DNA from: an uncultured Clostridia bacterium
GTDB lineage: Bacteria > Bacillota > Clostridia > Christensenellales > UBA1242
Reading direction: 5' to 3'
DNA length: 24,000 nucleotides
NCBI GenBank assembly: GCA_944381215.1
Contig: CALWKF010000002.1
Coordinates: 22,684 to 46,683 of the forward strand
Part shown: positions 1-7,616 of the stretch, one piece after another
Numbering within the stretch: position 1 is the stretch's first letter
Layout of the letters: each line of letters opens with the position of its first letter
Program-made: the position numbers and the translations under genes
Notes under the pieces: generated by a model
What the model was told of the DNA's origin: nothing
What the model saw: the letters and a program-made list of their open reading frames with translations, nothing else
Databases searched by the model: none

Positions 1-744
1 TTTATGATGGCTGTCGTCATGTATTTTATTAGCAACATAATACATAAACTCTTTCGCCTTTGGGCATTCGGCAAAATCGTCGAATGTAATTCCATTTATT
101 GCTCTAGTCTTGTGATTCTTGTAACGCTTCCACGCAGTATTAATTACTGCTTGAATGCAACGTGCCACATTAGATACAGTCGTGTTATTTCGAATTGCCA
201 ATTTCAAGTAGTATTTTTTTACAGCAATATTTGGTATGCACCTATTTAGTAAAATTTCTGTAATACAGTACTCTAAATATCGCCTGCCTCGCGTACCCAT
301 ATTAAAGCCTAGACAGTTAAAAATCTTGTGAAGTATAACATCATAATTTGTGATATTAATGTCAAGATTAGCATCATTTTCATGCATTTTTTCTAAATTT
401 GCTACGATTTTTCTCAAATTTTCCGAAAAATCTGCAATTTTGCAATAAATAAAATTGCTTGGTAAGTTAAGCGGAAAATCTGGAGTAATATTTCCTAACA
501 CCAAAACTATCGGGACCTCAAACATTGATCCAGCTTCAAAAGTACTTAAATACTTTACTCCATTTTTGTAATCTACTAAATTTAAAATCAACATGCTAGG
601 TCTACTTGTTACGACATGACTCACAAGCCTAGAAAAATCAATTTCGTAATCAAGATTTATTTTTTGATTAGCACATATGTTATTAATTTCCCCATAAGAC
701 TGATCGGGATCAGTAACATAATATATAACATTAATTTTGCTCAT
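1..744 (-). CDS. spo0A: Stage 0 sporulation protein A homolog (Spo0A), divergent; 3' end truncated by the window edge
   Basis: Absent from the supplied ORF track (no stop inside the window). Manual reverse-strand translation gives 248 uninterrupted codons: MSKINVIYYVTDPDQSYGEINNICANQ...RPSMLILNLVDYKNG...SNFIYCKIADFSENL...HKIFNCLGFNMGTRGRRYLEYCITEILLNRCIPNIAVKKYYLKLAIRNNTTVSNVARCIQAVINTAWKRYKN...ITFDDFAECPKAKEFMYYVANKI. The C-terminal pattern matches the Spo0A DNA-binding domain (HEIGVPAHIKGYLYLREAI..., [33 protein letters not shown]). It has a GAGGTG SD before the ATG and the classical recN-spoIVB-spo0A order. Confidence 0.87.
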   Translation of the reverse strand, partial: MSKINVIYYVTDPDQSYGEINNICANQKINLDYEIDFSRLVSHVVTSRPSMLILNLVDYKNGVKYLSTFEAGSMFEVPIVLVLGNITPDFPLNLPSNFIYCKIADFSENLRKIVANLEKMHENDANLDINITNYDVILHKIFNCLGFNMGTRGRRYLEYCITEILLNRCIPNIAVKKYYLKLAIRNNTTVSNVARCIQAVINTAWKRYKNHKTRAINGITFDDFAECPKAKEFMYYVANKIHDDSHHK

Positions 745-775
745 AATACACCTCGAAAGAATTAATTTCGGGCAT

Positions 776-804
776 ATTGTAACAAATGTTTGTTATTTTG
801 TAAA
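776..804 (-). promoter_or_regulatory. Candidate SigA-type promoter of spo0A with a dyad in the spacer
   Basis: Reverse strand: TTTACA (799-804), 17-nt spacer, TACAAT (776-781). The dyad aacaaa-tg-tttgtt lies at 781-794. Confidence 0.55.
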
Positions 805-852
805 CTAATTTTGTGTATTTTTGTAATATTTTTTAAAATATTGAAATAATTT

Positions 853-1998
853 TTAATTATTTATCATATTATCAATATAAATGGCAAAACCTTTTGTGGC
901 ATCATTTACAAAAACATGCGTAACTGCACCGATTAATTTCCCATCTTGGACAATTGGACTCCCGCTCATTCCCTGCACTACTCCACCAGTTGTATCGATT
1001 AATCGCTTGTCCGTTACTTTAAATACCATATTTTTAGGACTTTGAGCACTTTGATAATTTGTTTTGATTATTTCAATATCATATGCCTTTATATTTTTCC
1101 CGTCAATACTGCTATAAATTTGAGCTTTGCCTGGATGCGCTGTCAGCCTGCCACCCACTTCGATTAATTTTTTATCGTTTAATATGTCGCTATCCATATT
1201 AAAATCTCCGAAAATTCCACTTTCTGTATTTTTATCAACGGTCCCCAGGTCAGCTTTTGAACGTACAAACACTCCGCGTAGTTCACCAGGCACACCACGG
1301 ACAGCCTTCTTTACTCCTAAAATAGCGCAATCATGCAATTCACCCTCACTCACCCCTAGCATTGTGCGTGTATTTTGCTCTAAAATTGGGTGCCCGAGCG
1401 CACCAAAACGCCCCGTATCTGGGTCTATGAATGTAAGGGTGCCAATACCGCTCATATTTTCCTTAGTCCACAAGCCTAACTTATATTTACCAGACACGGC
1501 ATCATAAGCTGGCTTGACCTTCATTTCTAAATTTTCACCATTCCGTACAACATTTATCTTTATAAATTGATCAGGATTTTCATTGACAGCTAAAACCAAA
1601 TCTGAGATACTCGTAATTTTTTTGCCATTGACACTTTGAATTATGTCGCCAGCTATTATATCATTTTTAGAGGACGCTTCATTTTTTGCAATAACTAAAA
1701 CTCCATCTCCATGATACGCAAAACCTAATGTATTTCCACCTAAGTAGACCTGTTTCCCAGCTTCAGCACCCACTGAGTGAATTTTTACAGCATTGAATAG
1801 CAAAAAATCCACTTCCTGTGTGTCTTCATTATATTTTGTGGTAACAAGTTCGCTAAAATTGTGCCCTTTTTCTGTGGGACTGCAATAAACTTCATTATCT
1901 ATACTATATATGTCGCCAAACGGCACAACCCAACAAATTACAGCGAATGAAATACAAAGGAATAACGATAAAAAGAAAAAAATTTTACCAAATCGCAT
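853..1998 (-). CDS. spoIVB: SpoIVB serine peptidase (PDZ plus S55 peptidase)
   Basis: 381 aa; PDZ-like region (GDIIQSVNGKKI), FGALGHP histidine region and GMSGSPIVQDGKLIGAVTHVF catalytic serine motif; sits between recN and spo0A. Confidence 0.95.
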   Translation of the reverse strand: MRFGKIFFFLSLFLCISFAVICWVVPFGDIYSIDNEVYCSPTEKGHNFSELVTTKYNEDTQEVDFLLFNAVKIHSVGAEAGKQVYLGGNTLGFAYHGDGVLVIAKNEASSKNDIIAGDIIQSVNGKKITSISDLVLAVNENPDQFIKINVVRNGENLEMKVKPAYDAVSGKYKLGLWTKENMSGIGTLTFIDPDTGRFGALGHPILEQNTRTMLGVSEGELHDCAILGVKKAVRGVPGELRGVFVRSKADLGTVDKNTESGIFGDFNMDSDILNDKKLIEVGGRLTAHPGKAQIYSSIDGKNIKAYDIEIIKTNYQSAQSPKNMVFKVTDKRLIDTTGGVVQGMSGSPIVQDGKLIGAVTHVFVNDATKGFAIYIDNMINN

Positions 1999-2067
1999 TT
2001 TTTACTCCTTGTTAGTAGTGTTTGAAATGGTAAAATTTTTATTCAAATATAGTGGCGGTAAAAATTG

Positions 2068-3756
2068 TTATTTTAAGCCCGCAGAAAATTTTAAAGCATT
2101 GGTTTTCAACTCTTGCGCATGCGCTAAACCAAGTGCAGAGCTATTGTCCCCACCCGCGAGCCTTGCAATTTCGCAAAGTTGGCCATCATAATCAAGTGGT
2201 ACAAGTGTACTATTCGTTTTACCTCCATTTACACATTTTACAATTTGAAAGTGCGAGTCAGCGAAACTAGCAATAGTTGCCAAATGAGTAACCGTTATGA
2301 CCTGAGCATGCTTGCTTAACATTGCCATTTTTTGCCCGACTGCGATGCTAACTACTCCGCTAATACCATTGTCAATTTCATCAAAAATCATGGTGTCAAC
2401 GGACTTTAATTTACCCATTACCACCTTAAAGGCTAGCATAAACCTCGACATCTCACCACCAGAGATGACCTTTACGAGAGGTTTTAATGGTTCACCAGCG
2501 TTCGCTGAAAACATAAATTCGACCGCATCTGCACCATCACTTTGTGGCGTAATTGACGAAAAAGCCACCTCAAAAGTAGCATTTGACATTCCCAGCTCTT
2601 TAAGTTGTGATAAAATCGCCAGTTGAAGTTTTATTGCTCCAGACCGCCTAATATCAGTAATGCATGTACACACTTCATTTATGGAATTTTCTACCTTGTT
2701 TAGAGAGACTGAATATTCACCCAAAAGCGCCTCGGTATCCTCTAGTTCAAGCAGGCGCGATTGACAATTCGCTAAATATTCCAACATTTCTGCAATTGTA
2801 GAGCCATATTTGCGTTTGAAAGACTTAATAAGGTCTAACCTCGTATCGACCTCGCGAAAGTCAAACTCGTTATACTCACACTCATTAAGCTTTTGTTCCA
2901 AAGTATCGGCGATGTCATCGGCCTCAATTTTCATACTATCGAGGCGCGTAACAATTTCCGCAAGTTCAGGGTCATAGGCCTCAACACTACTAACTAACTT
3001 TGTCGCCATGTGTGCATTGTCACAAATACTACCGCTAGGCATAGTCGACAACAATTCGCGAGCCGAAGCAAGAGCCTCGGAAATTCGCTGGGCGTTTTCC
3101 ATGCGTGCCTTTTTGTTAATTAGTTCTTCTTCCTCTCCCAATTGCAAATTCGCATTTTCTAACTCGTGCACCTGATATTCGAGCATTTCACGCTCGCGTT
3201 CACGCGATAACTCATCCCCGCCTAAGCCCTTTATCTTTTCCAGCAAAGCGTGCCTGCTACTAAGCAGTTCGCCCAATTTTTGTTTAACAGACGCGAGATT
3301 TTCACCCAAAAACTTATCTAAAAAACGGATATGAGTATTGCTGTCTAAAAGTGCCTGATGCTCGTGTTGACCATAGATGTCTACAAGGTGAGTAGTTACA
3401 CTTTTAAGCATCGCAAGAGTCGCGGAAACGCCGTTTATACGGATATCATTCCTACCATCAAGGGTTACCTTACGGCTAACAATTAGAGTGTCCTCAGGTT
3501 CGATTCCTAAATCACGAAGAGCAAAAGAAACGGCCTCGTCGTTTACTACATCAAAAACCGCCTCAACTCGCAAACTATCGCACCCCGTACGCACACTCGA
3601 TTTGTCAGCCCTGCCACCTAAAGCCAAATTAATAGCAGAAATTAAAACAGATTTACCAGCACCCGTTTCCCCCGTAATCACATTTAGCCCCGCGCCAAAT
3701 TCAACTTGCATATTCTCAATTAGCGCAAAATTACTAACAGAAATACTTTTTAACAA
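2068..3756 (-). CDS. recN: DNA repair protein RecN (SMC-like ATPase)
   Basis: 562 aa; MLKSISVSNFALIENMQVEFGAGLNVITGETGAGKSVLISAINLALGGRA (Walker A), VKVISGGEMSRFMLAFK signature, MIFDEIDNGISG Walker B. TTG start with GAGGTG SD. Confidence 0.96.
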   Translation of the reverse strand: MLKSISVSNFALIENMQVEFGAGLNVITGETGAGKSVLISAINLALGGRADKSSVRTGCDSLRVEAVFDVVNDEAVSFALRDLGIEPEDTLIVSRKVTLDGRNDIRINGVSATLAMLKSVTTHLVDIYGQHEHQALLDSNTHIRFLDKFLGENLASVKQKLGELLSSRHALLEKIKGLGGDELSREREREMLEYQVHELENANLQLGEEEELINKKARMENAQRISEALASARELLSTMPSGSICDNAHMATKLVSSVEAYDPELAEIVTRLDSMKIEADDIADTLEQKLNECEYNEFDFREVDTRLDLIKSFKRKYGSTIAEMLEYLANCQSRLLELEDTEALLGEYSVSLNKVENSINEVCTCITDIRRSGAIKLQLAILSQLKELGMSNATFEVAFSSITPQSDGADAVEFMFSANAGEPLKPLVKVISGGEMSRFMLAFKVVMGKLKSVDTMIFDEIDNGISGVVSIAVGQKMAMLSKHAQVITVTHLATIASFADSHFQIVKCVNGGKTNSTLVPLDYDGQLCEIARLAGGDNSSALGLAHAQELKTNALKFSAGLK

Positions 3757-3769
3757 GGCACACCTCGCA

Positions 3770-3799
3770 CATTTGTTCTAGTTTATTATAGAACAAATG
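3770..3799. repeat. Perfect 11-bp inverted repeat overlapping the recN -10 (putative operator)
   Basis: CATTTGTTCTA-gtttatta-TAGAACAAATG. Confidence 0.7.
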
Positions 3800-3813
3800 A
3801 ACAAAAAACGCAA
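3785..3813 (-). promoter_or_regulatory. Candidate SigA-type promoter of recN
   Basis: Reverse strand: TTGCGT (3808-3813), 17-nt spacer, perfect TATAAT (3785-3790). Confidence 0.5.
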
Positions 3814-3821
3814 ACAATTTT

Positions 3822-3850
3822 ACATACTTTTTTAAAAATTTTTAGTATGT
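3822..3850. repeat. Inverted repeat in the sigG-recN gap
   Basis: ACATACT-tttttaaaaattttt-AGTATGT; 7-bp perfect outer arms with an A/T-symmetric interior. Confidence 0.45.
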
Positions 3851-3929
3851 TAATTATTTGCGCTCATATTATATAAGAATAAATCTTCTTTCTAAATTAA
3901 ATTAGAAAATGATACACCTCTCCTTTTAA

Positions 3930-4703
3930 TTAAACAAAGAATTTTTTTACTAATTTGAGTGCGTTTTTCTCTAGCCTACTAACTTGGGCTTGGCTAATAC
4001 CAATTTCGTCGCTGACTTCGACCTGTGTTTTGCCCATGTAATACCGCATTATGATTATGCGCTTTTCGCGAGGTGCCAAGCTTTCCAAAGCATCTTGAAT
4101 TGACACATTATTGAGCCATTTTTCATCATTTTCAACGGAATCTGCAATATGGTCACCAAGTTCGAGCGCGTCAGGGTCGTCCGAATACATTGGTTCTGAT
4201 AACGACATAGGCTCTGAAATAGCATCCAGTGCGCAAGCCACCTGCCTATAAGGCGTATCAAGGTCGAGAGCGATTTCCTCCAAAGTGGGCTCGCGTTGGA
4301 GTGTAGCCCCCAACCTTTCACGTGATTGCAACGCGCGGTATGCAATATCACGGAGCGACCTGCTAACTCGAATTGCGCTGTTATCACGCAAAAAACGCCT
4401 AATTTCGCCTATAATCATGGGAACGGCATAGGTACTAAACTTCACATTAAGCGTGATATCGAAGTTATCAATCGCCTTAATTAGCCCTACACACCCGACT
4501 TGGAAAAGGTCGTCCATGTTCTCGTGTCGATTGCTAAATCGCTGGACAACGCTTAGAACTAATCGCATATTCCCGTAAATAAATTGCTGTTTTGCATCCT
4601 CGTCCCCTTCCTTAATACGCACCATTAACTCGCTTAATTCGTTAGCCGTAAATTTGGGCAGTGTCGAGGTATCGACACCGCAAATTACCACTTTGTTAGA
4701 CAT
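3930..4703 (-). CDS. sigG: RNA polymerase sporulation sigma factor SigG (SpoIIIG)
   Basis: NKVVICGVDTSTLPKF, MRLVLSVVQRFSNRHENMDDLFQVGCVGLIKAIDNFD, VKFSTYAVPMIIGEIRRFLRD, IRVSRSLRDIAYRAL; adjacent to sigE. Start revised to ATG 4703 (MSNKVV) behind GGAGG; the track start at 4751 lies upstream of this RBS. Confidence 0.96.
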   Translation of the reverse strand: MSNKVVICGVDTSTLPKFTANELSELMVRIKEGDEDAKQQFIYGNMRLVLSVVQRFSNRHENMDDLFQVGCVGLIKAIDNFDITLNVKFSTYAVPMIIGEIRRFLRDNSAIRVSRSLRDIAYRALQSRERLGATLQREPTLEEIALDLDTPYRQVACALDAISEPMSLSEPMYSDDPDALELGDHIADSVENDEKWLNNVSIQDALESLAPREKRIIIMRYYMGKTQVEVSDEIGISQAQVSRLEKNALKLVKKFFV

Positions 4704-4711
4704 ATTTGCCT

Positions 4712-4740
4712 CCGAAAATATCTTCAAGCAATATTTTCGG
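4712..4740 (-). promoter_or_regulatory. Perfect 10-bp hairpin partly covering the sigG Shine-Dalgarno
   Basis: Plus strand: CCGAAAATAT (4712-4721), 9-nt loop, ATATTTTCGG (4731-4740). The GGAGG of sigG is at 4709-4713 on the reverse strand. Confidence 0.75.
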
Positions 4741-4761
4741 CAAGTGGACAAACTTTTATAC
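4732..4761 (-). promoter_or_regulatory. Candidate SigF/SigG-type promoter of sigG
   Basis: Reverse strand: GTATA (4757-4761), 15-nt spacer, GCCGAAAATA (4732-4741), compared with the Bacillus SigF consensus GYATA-N15-GGNNANAHTR; one mismatch at the second G. Confidence 0.65.
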
Positions 4762-4763
4762 CA

Positions 4764-5480
4764 TTAAATCATTTTTGCTATGTCTTTTTTCATTTTATGA
4801 AGTATTTTCTTTTCAATTCGGCTGATATAACTCTGCGAAATATTGAGTAAATCGGCCACTTGTTTTTGCGTCTGCTCCTTTTCACCATTCAGTCCAAAAC
4901 GCATCGACACAATTTGGCGTTCACGGTCATCGAGTTTTTCTAAAACCTTGTAAATTATGTCTTTTTCCATTGAGGTTTCCATTGATTTAAACACCTCGTC
5001 CGCATCGATTCCAATCACATCACCAAGCAACAACTCATTGCCGTCCGAGTCTAACGACAATGGCGAGTCGAGCGAAGTCTCGCGCTTTTGCTTGCTGGCC
5101 TTGCGCAAGTGCATCAAAATCTCGTTTTCTATGCAACGCGAGGCATAAGTAGCCAATTTTATCTTTTTAGTCGAGTTAAAGGTGTTCACAGCCTTTATTA
5201 ACCCAATTGAGCCAACTGAAATAAGGTCTTCAAGGTCTACCCCAGTGTTTTCAAACTTTTTAGAAATATAGACAACGAGTCGAAGGTTGCGCTCAATCAG
5301 CTCCGCCTTTGCTCCCTCATCACCGTTTTCGAGTCTAATGAGGCACTCCTGCTCCTCATCGTTTGTCATGGGGTTCGGCAAGGCCTCATTACTACATAGA
5401 TATAACAACATCTGCTCGCGCGAAATATCGTTTTCTAACCCTAACACCTTTTTAAACAAATTTTTAATAAAATTCAACAT
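4764..5480 (-). CDS. sigE: RNA polymerase sporulation sigma factor SigE
   Basis: GSEALPxP-like start region (CSNEALPNPMTNDEEQ), IERNLRLVVYISKKFENTGVDLEDLISVGSIGLIKAVNTFNSTKKIKLATYASRCIENEILM; ISQSYISRIEKKI. Confidence 0.97.
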   Translation of the reverse strand: MLNFIKNLFKKVLGLENDISREQMLLYLCSNEALPNPMTNDEEQECLIRLENGDEGAKAELIERNLRLVVYISKKFENTGVDLEDLISVGSIGLIKAVNTFNSTKKIKLATYASRCIENEILMHLRKASKQKRETSLDSPLSLDSDGNELLLGDVIGIDADEVFKSMETSMEKDIIYKVLEKLDDRERQIVSMRFGLNGEKEQTQKQVADLLNISQSYISRIEKKILHKMKKDIAKMI

Positions 5481-6310
5481 TTTACCGCCTCCAACAAATC
5501 ATTTCCAACAATAGCGTTGCAGTCGCCCAATTTTACCGAACCATACGCAATACCCACACACGCAGGGACTTTTGCGCCGTCAATTATAATTTCGGCATCA
5601 AATACGAGCATTTTGTAGTTACCTCCCAGACTGTTTACTGTGATAGTGTCTACATTCTTTAACCCCAGTCCGTTAGTTTTACCAATAAGTAATGCCATGC
5701 GAGCATGGGTGTCAAACCAATGTCTTAATTCGCGCTCGGGAAGCACGACAATCGGCTTGCCTTCGCGATTTTTTAGGGTGTTCCCAGTATCTACAAAGCC
5801 TCGAATTGTTTTCATTTTGCCCAAAATTTCGATACCTAGTTGAATCGAATTTTCCCAAGCCTTGCGATGTGATAGATATCTAATAAGGCGAAAGCAAATT
5901 GCGCCAAATGCAAGTGCACTGACAAGAATTGTGCCTAATGGGAGCGACGAAACATAGCCTATATACATTGCATCGTAGACTTGGATTCCCATAAAGGTAA
6001 AAATGGCAATCAGCCCGCCTCCAAAAGCAAAAGTATAAAGTGTGAATAGCAGAAATCTAGGCAGAATTCGCCTAAAACTAAAGCACACTATAAAGGACAT
6101 AATAAAGGCCACTAGAAATTTTAGCAAAATTGCGAGTATTCCAGTAACGCTAATTAGCGGAGAAACAACCGCAAATCCAGCGCCGAAAGAACTTGATAAG
6201 ATTATCCCCCACCTGCTAAGAGGCTGGCGCAATGTTTTTAGCGTAAGAGCCAGCAGCAATGCATCGATTAAAAAATTATCGAGCAACACGTATTCCAATA
6301 CAATTTCCAT
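5474..6310 (-). CDS. spoIIGA: Sigma-E processing peptidase SpoIIGA
   Basis: 278 aa; multi-span N-terminus, then an aspartic-protease-like domain with GFVDTGNTLKN; directly upstream of and overlapping sigE. Confidence 0.93.
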   Translation of the reverse strand: MEIVLEYVLLDNFLIDALLLALTLKTLRQPLSRWGIILSSSFGAGFAVVSPLISVTGILAILLKFLVAFIMSFIVCFSFRRILPRFLLFTLYTFAFGGGLIAIFTFMGIQVYDAMYIGYVSSLPLGTILVSALAFGAICFRLIRYLSHRKAWENSIQLGIEILGKMKTIRGFVDTGNTLKNREGKPIVVLPERELRHWFDTHARMALLIGKTNGLGLKNVDTITVNSLGGNYKMLVFDAEIIIDGAKVPACVGIAYGSVKLGDCNAIVGNDLLEAVKC

Positions 6311-6370
6311 AAACTTTTCCCCTACATTCTATTTTAGCGCATTTTACTAAAAAGAGGGGTTAAAAATAAA

Positions 6371-6416
6371 AGATATATTACACGAATGGTGAAATATATC
6401 TCGTAAATTTGTCGTT
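6371..6416 (-). promoter_or_regulatory. Inverted repeat plus Spo0A-box-like element upstream of spoIIGA
   Basis: AGATATATTaCAC-gaatg-GTGaAATATATCT (6371-6401; 13-bp arms, one mismatch). TTTGTCGTT at 6408-6416 resembles TTTGTCGAA. Possible -35 TTTACG (reverse of 6402-6407). Confidence 0.4.
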
Positions 6417-6430
6417 TTTAAAAAAAATCA

Positions 6431-6469
6431 AAAAAGACTCCTTAACTATTTTAGTTAAAGAGTCTTTTT
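6431..6469 (-). terminator. Rho-independent terminator after the small membrane protein gene
   Basis: AAAAAGACTCCTTAACTATTTTAGTTAAAGAGTCTTTTT; strong stem with flanking A/T runs. Confidence 0.85.
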
Positions 6470-6491
6470 GTGATTTCAAAATTAATTGCAA

Positions 6492-6725
6492 TTACTGAAT
6501 AATCATTACTACCAATGCTACCACGATAAAAATTAGACCAATAACCTTGGTAGTAATTAAAATTGTATCGTCGTTAGGCACTTTATCAGCCTTGCGAGCA
6601 GCACAAGCAATACGGCGTGCTAAAAACGCAACGGCGATACCAATCGCACAAAGCACGATACCAATAATAACATTCGCCTGTGATAGTCTCTCAACCAAAG
6701 AAACTAACAATAATGCAGTAGTCAT
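6492..6725 (-). CDS. Small membrane protein of unknown function
   Basis: MTTALLLVSLVERLSQANVIIGIVLCAIGIAVAFLARRIACAARKADKVPNDDTILITTKVIGLIFIVVALVVMIIQ; two hydrophobic helices. ATG at 6725 preceded by AGGGGT; followed by a strong terminator. Confidence 0.7.
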   Translation of the reverse strand: MTTALLLVSLVERLSQANVIIGIVLCAIGIAVAFLARRIACAARKADKVPNDDTILITTKVIGLIFIVVALVVMIIQ

Positions 6726-6793
6726 ATTATATATACCCCTTTTTATTCTGTCGTTATATTGTAACACTAAATTTGAATTTTGTCAATATACAA

Positions 6794-7480
6794 TTAGTCT
6801 TTTTTCTCATCTACTTTAGTGGCAGTAGCCTCTTTTACAATATTTTCGGGTTCAGTCTCAACCAAAGGTTCTTCTGCATCCTTTGTAGATGCACTTTCCT
6901 CTACTTTTGTAGCGGTGGCCTCGATAATTACCTTATCTTGTCCATTTTTGTTAAATACTCGTTTATAATTAAGAACTATATACACAATTACACTAGCAAT
7001 GATTATAATCAAGCCAGCGTAGAGAATGTAGAGGTTCCACCCGTTCATCGACTTCGCAAAGAAGCAAAGCACAAGGCCTAATGTCATTACCGCGGTACCG
7101 AGTTTTCCTAAAAAGTTACTAGGAATCGTGATTTGCCTCTTAAACAAACACACCCCAGTAATAATTAATGCTAGGTCGATAGTAATCAAGGTCACGGTCA
7201 GCCATACTGGAATCACACCGACAACAGCAAAGGAAATGAGAGTTGCGGACTTTAATAATTTATCTGCAAGCGGGTCGAGCACTACCCCGTACTTCGTAAT
7301 TTGGTTTGTCTTTCGCGCGATCAGGCCATCTAGTGCATCAGTTAGACTTGCCACTAAAAACACGATTAATGCGCCAATGTGGTAGTCACTCGGCTCAAAG
7401 AAAAAAACAATCAAAAATACGGGCACTAATATAAGTCTAAAAAGAGAAAGCACGTTCGGAACATTCCAAAATTTATTCAT
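6794..7480 (-). CDS. pgsA: CDP-diacylglycerol-glycerol-3-phosphate 3-phosphatidyltransferase
   Basis: MNKFWNVPNVLSLFRLILVPVFLI; CDP-alcohol phosphotransferase motif DALDGLIARKTNQITKYGVVLDPLADKLLK. Acidic/Lys low-complexity C-terminal tail. Confidence 0.94.
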   Translation of the reverse strand: MNKFWNVPNVLSLFRLILVPVFLIVFFFEPSDYHIGALIVFLVASLTDALDGLIARKTNQITKYGVVLDPLADKLLKSATLISFAVVGVIPVWLTVTLITIDLALIITGVCLFKRQITIPSNFLGKLGTAVMTLGLVLCFFAKSMNGWNLYILYAGLIIIIASVIVYIVLNYKRVFNKNGQDKVIIEATATKVEESASTKDAEEPLVETEPENIVKEATATKVDEKKD

Positions 7481-7616
7481 AAGATCCACCAACTTTTAAA
7501 TTTATTCTTTTGCAAATTAATATCATTATACCATATTAATTCAAAAAATCGAAATGATTTAACAAAAAAAATAAAATTGGAATATTATATCATAAATGTT
7601 CAATTAGGAGGAATGA

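Noticed and set aside
4-249. Plus-strand 81-aa ORF at the left edge
   Set aside because: It is antisense to a conserved reverse-strand Spo0A C-terminal domain with an in-frame SD and start at 744.
1127-1507. Plus-strand 126-aa ORF, and similar antisense ORFs (2312-2626, 3488-3781, 4055-4387 minus, 5640-5883, 12855-13214, 15092-15616, 15972-16400, 21227-21736)
   Set aside because: Each overlaps a well-supported conserved gene in another frame and shows low-complexity or no family-like motifs; typical shadow ORFs.
1999-2067. Possible SigG promoter upstream of spoIVB (CTATA-N18-CATTTCA on the reverse strand)
   Set aside because: The -35 lacks the leading G and the -10 misses key positions; not distinguishable from chance in AT-rich sequence.
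3889-3908. Inverted repeat TTTCTAA...TTAGAAA downstream of sigG as a terminator
   Set aside because: Only a 7-bp AT-rich stem with no T-run in the transcribed direction.
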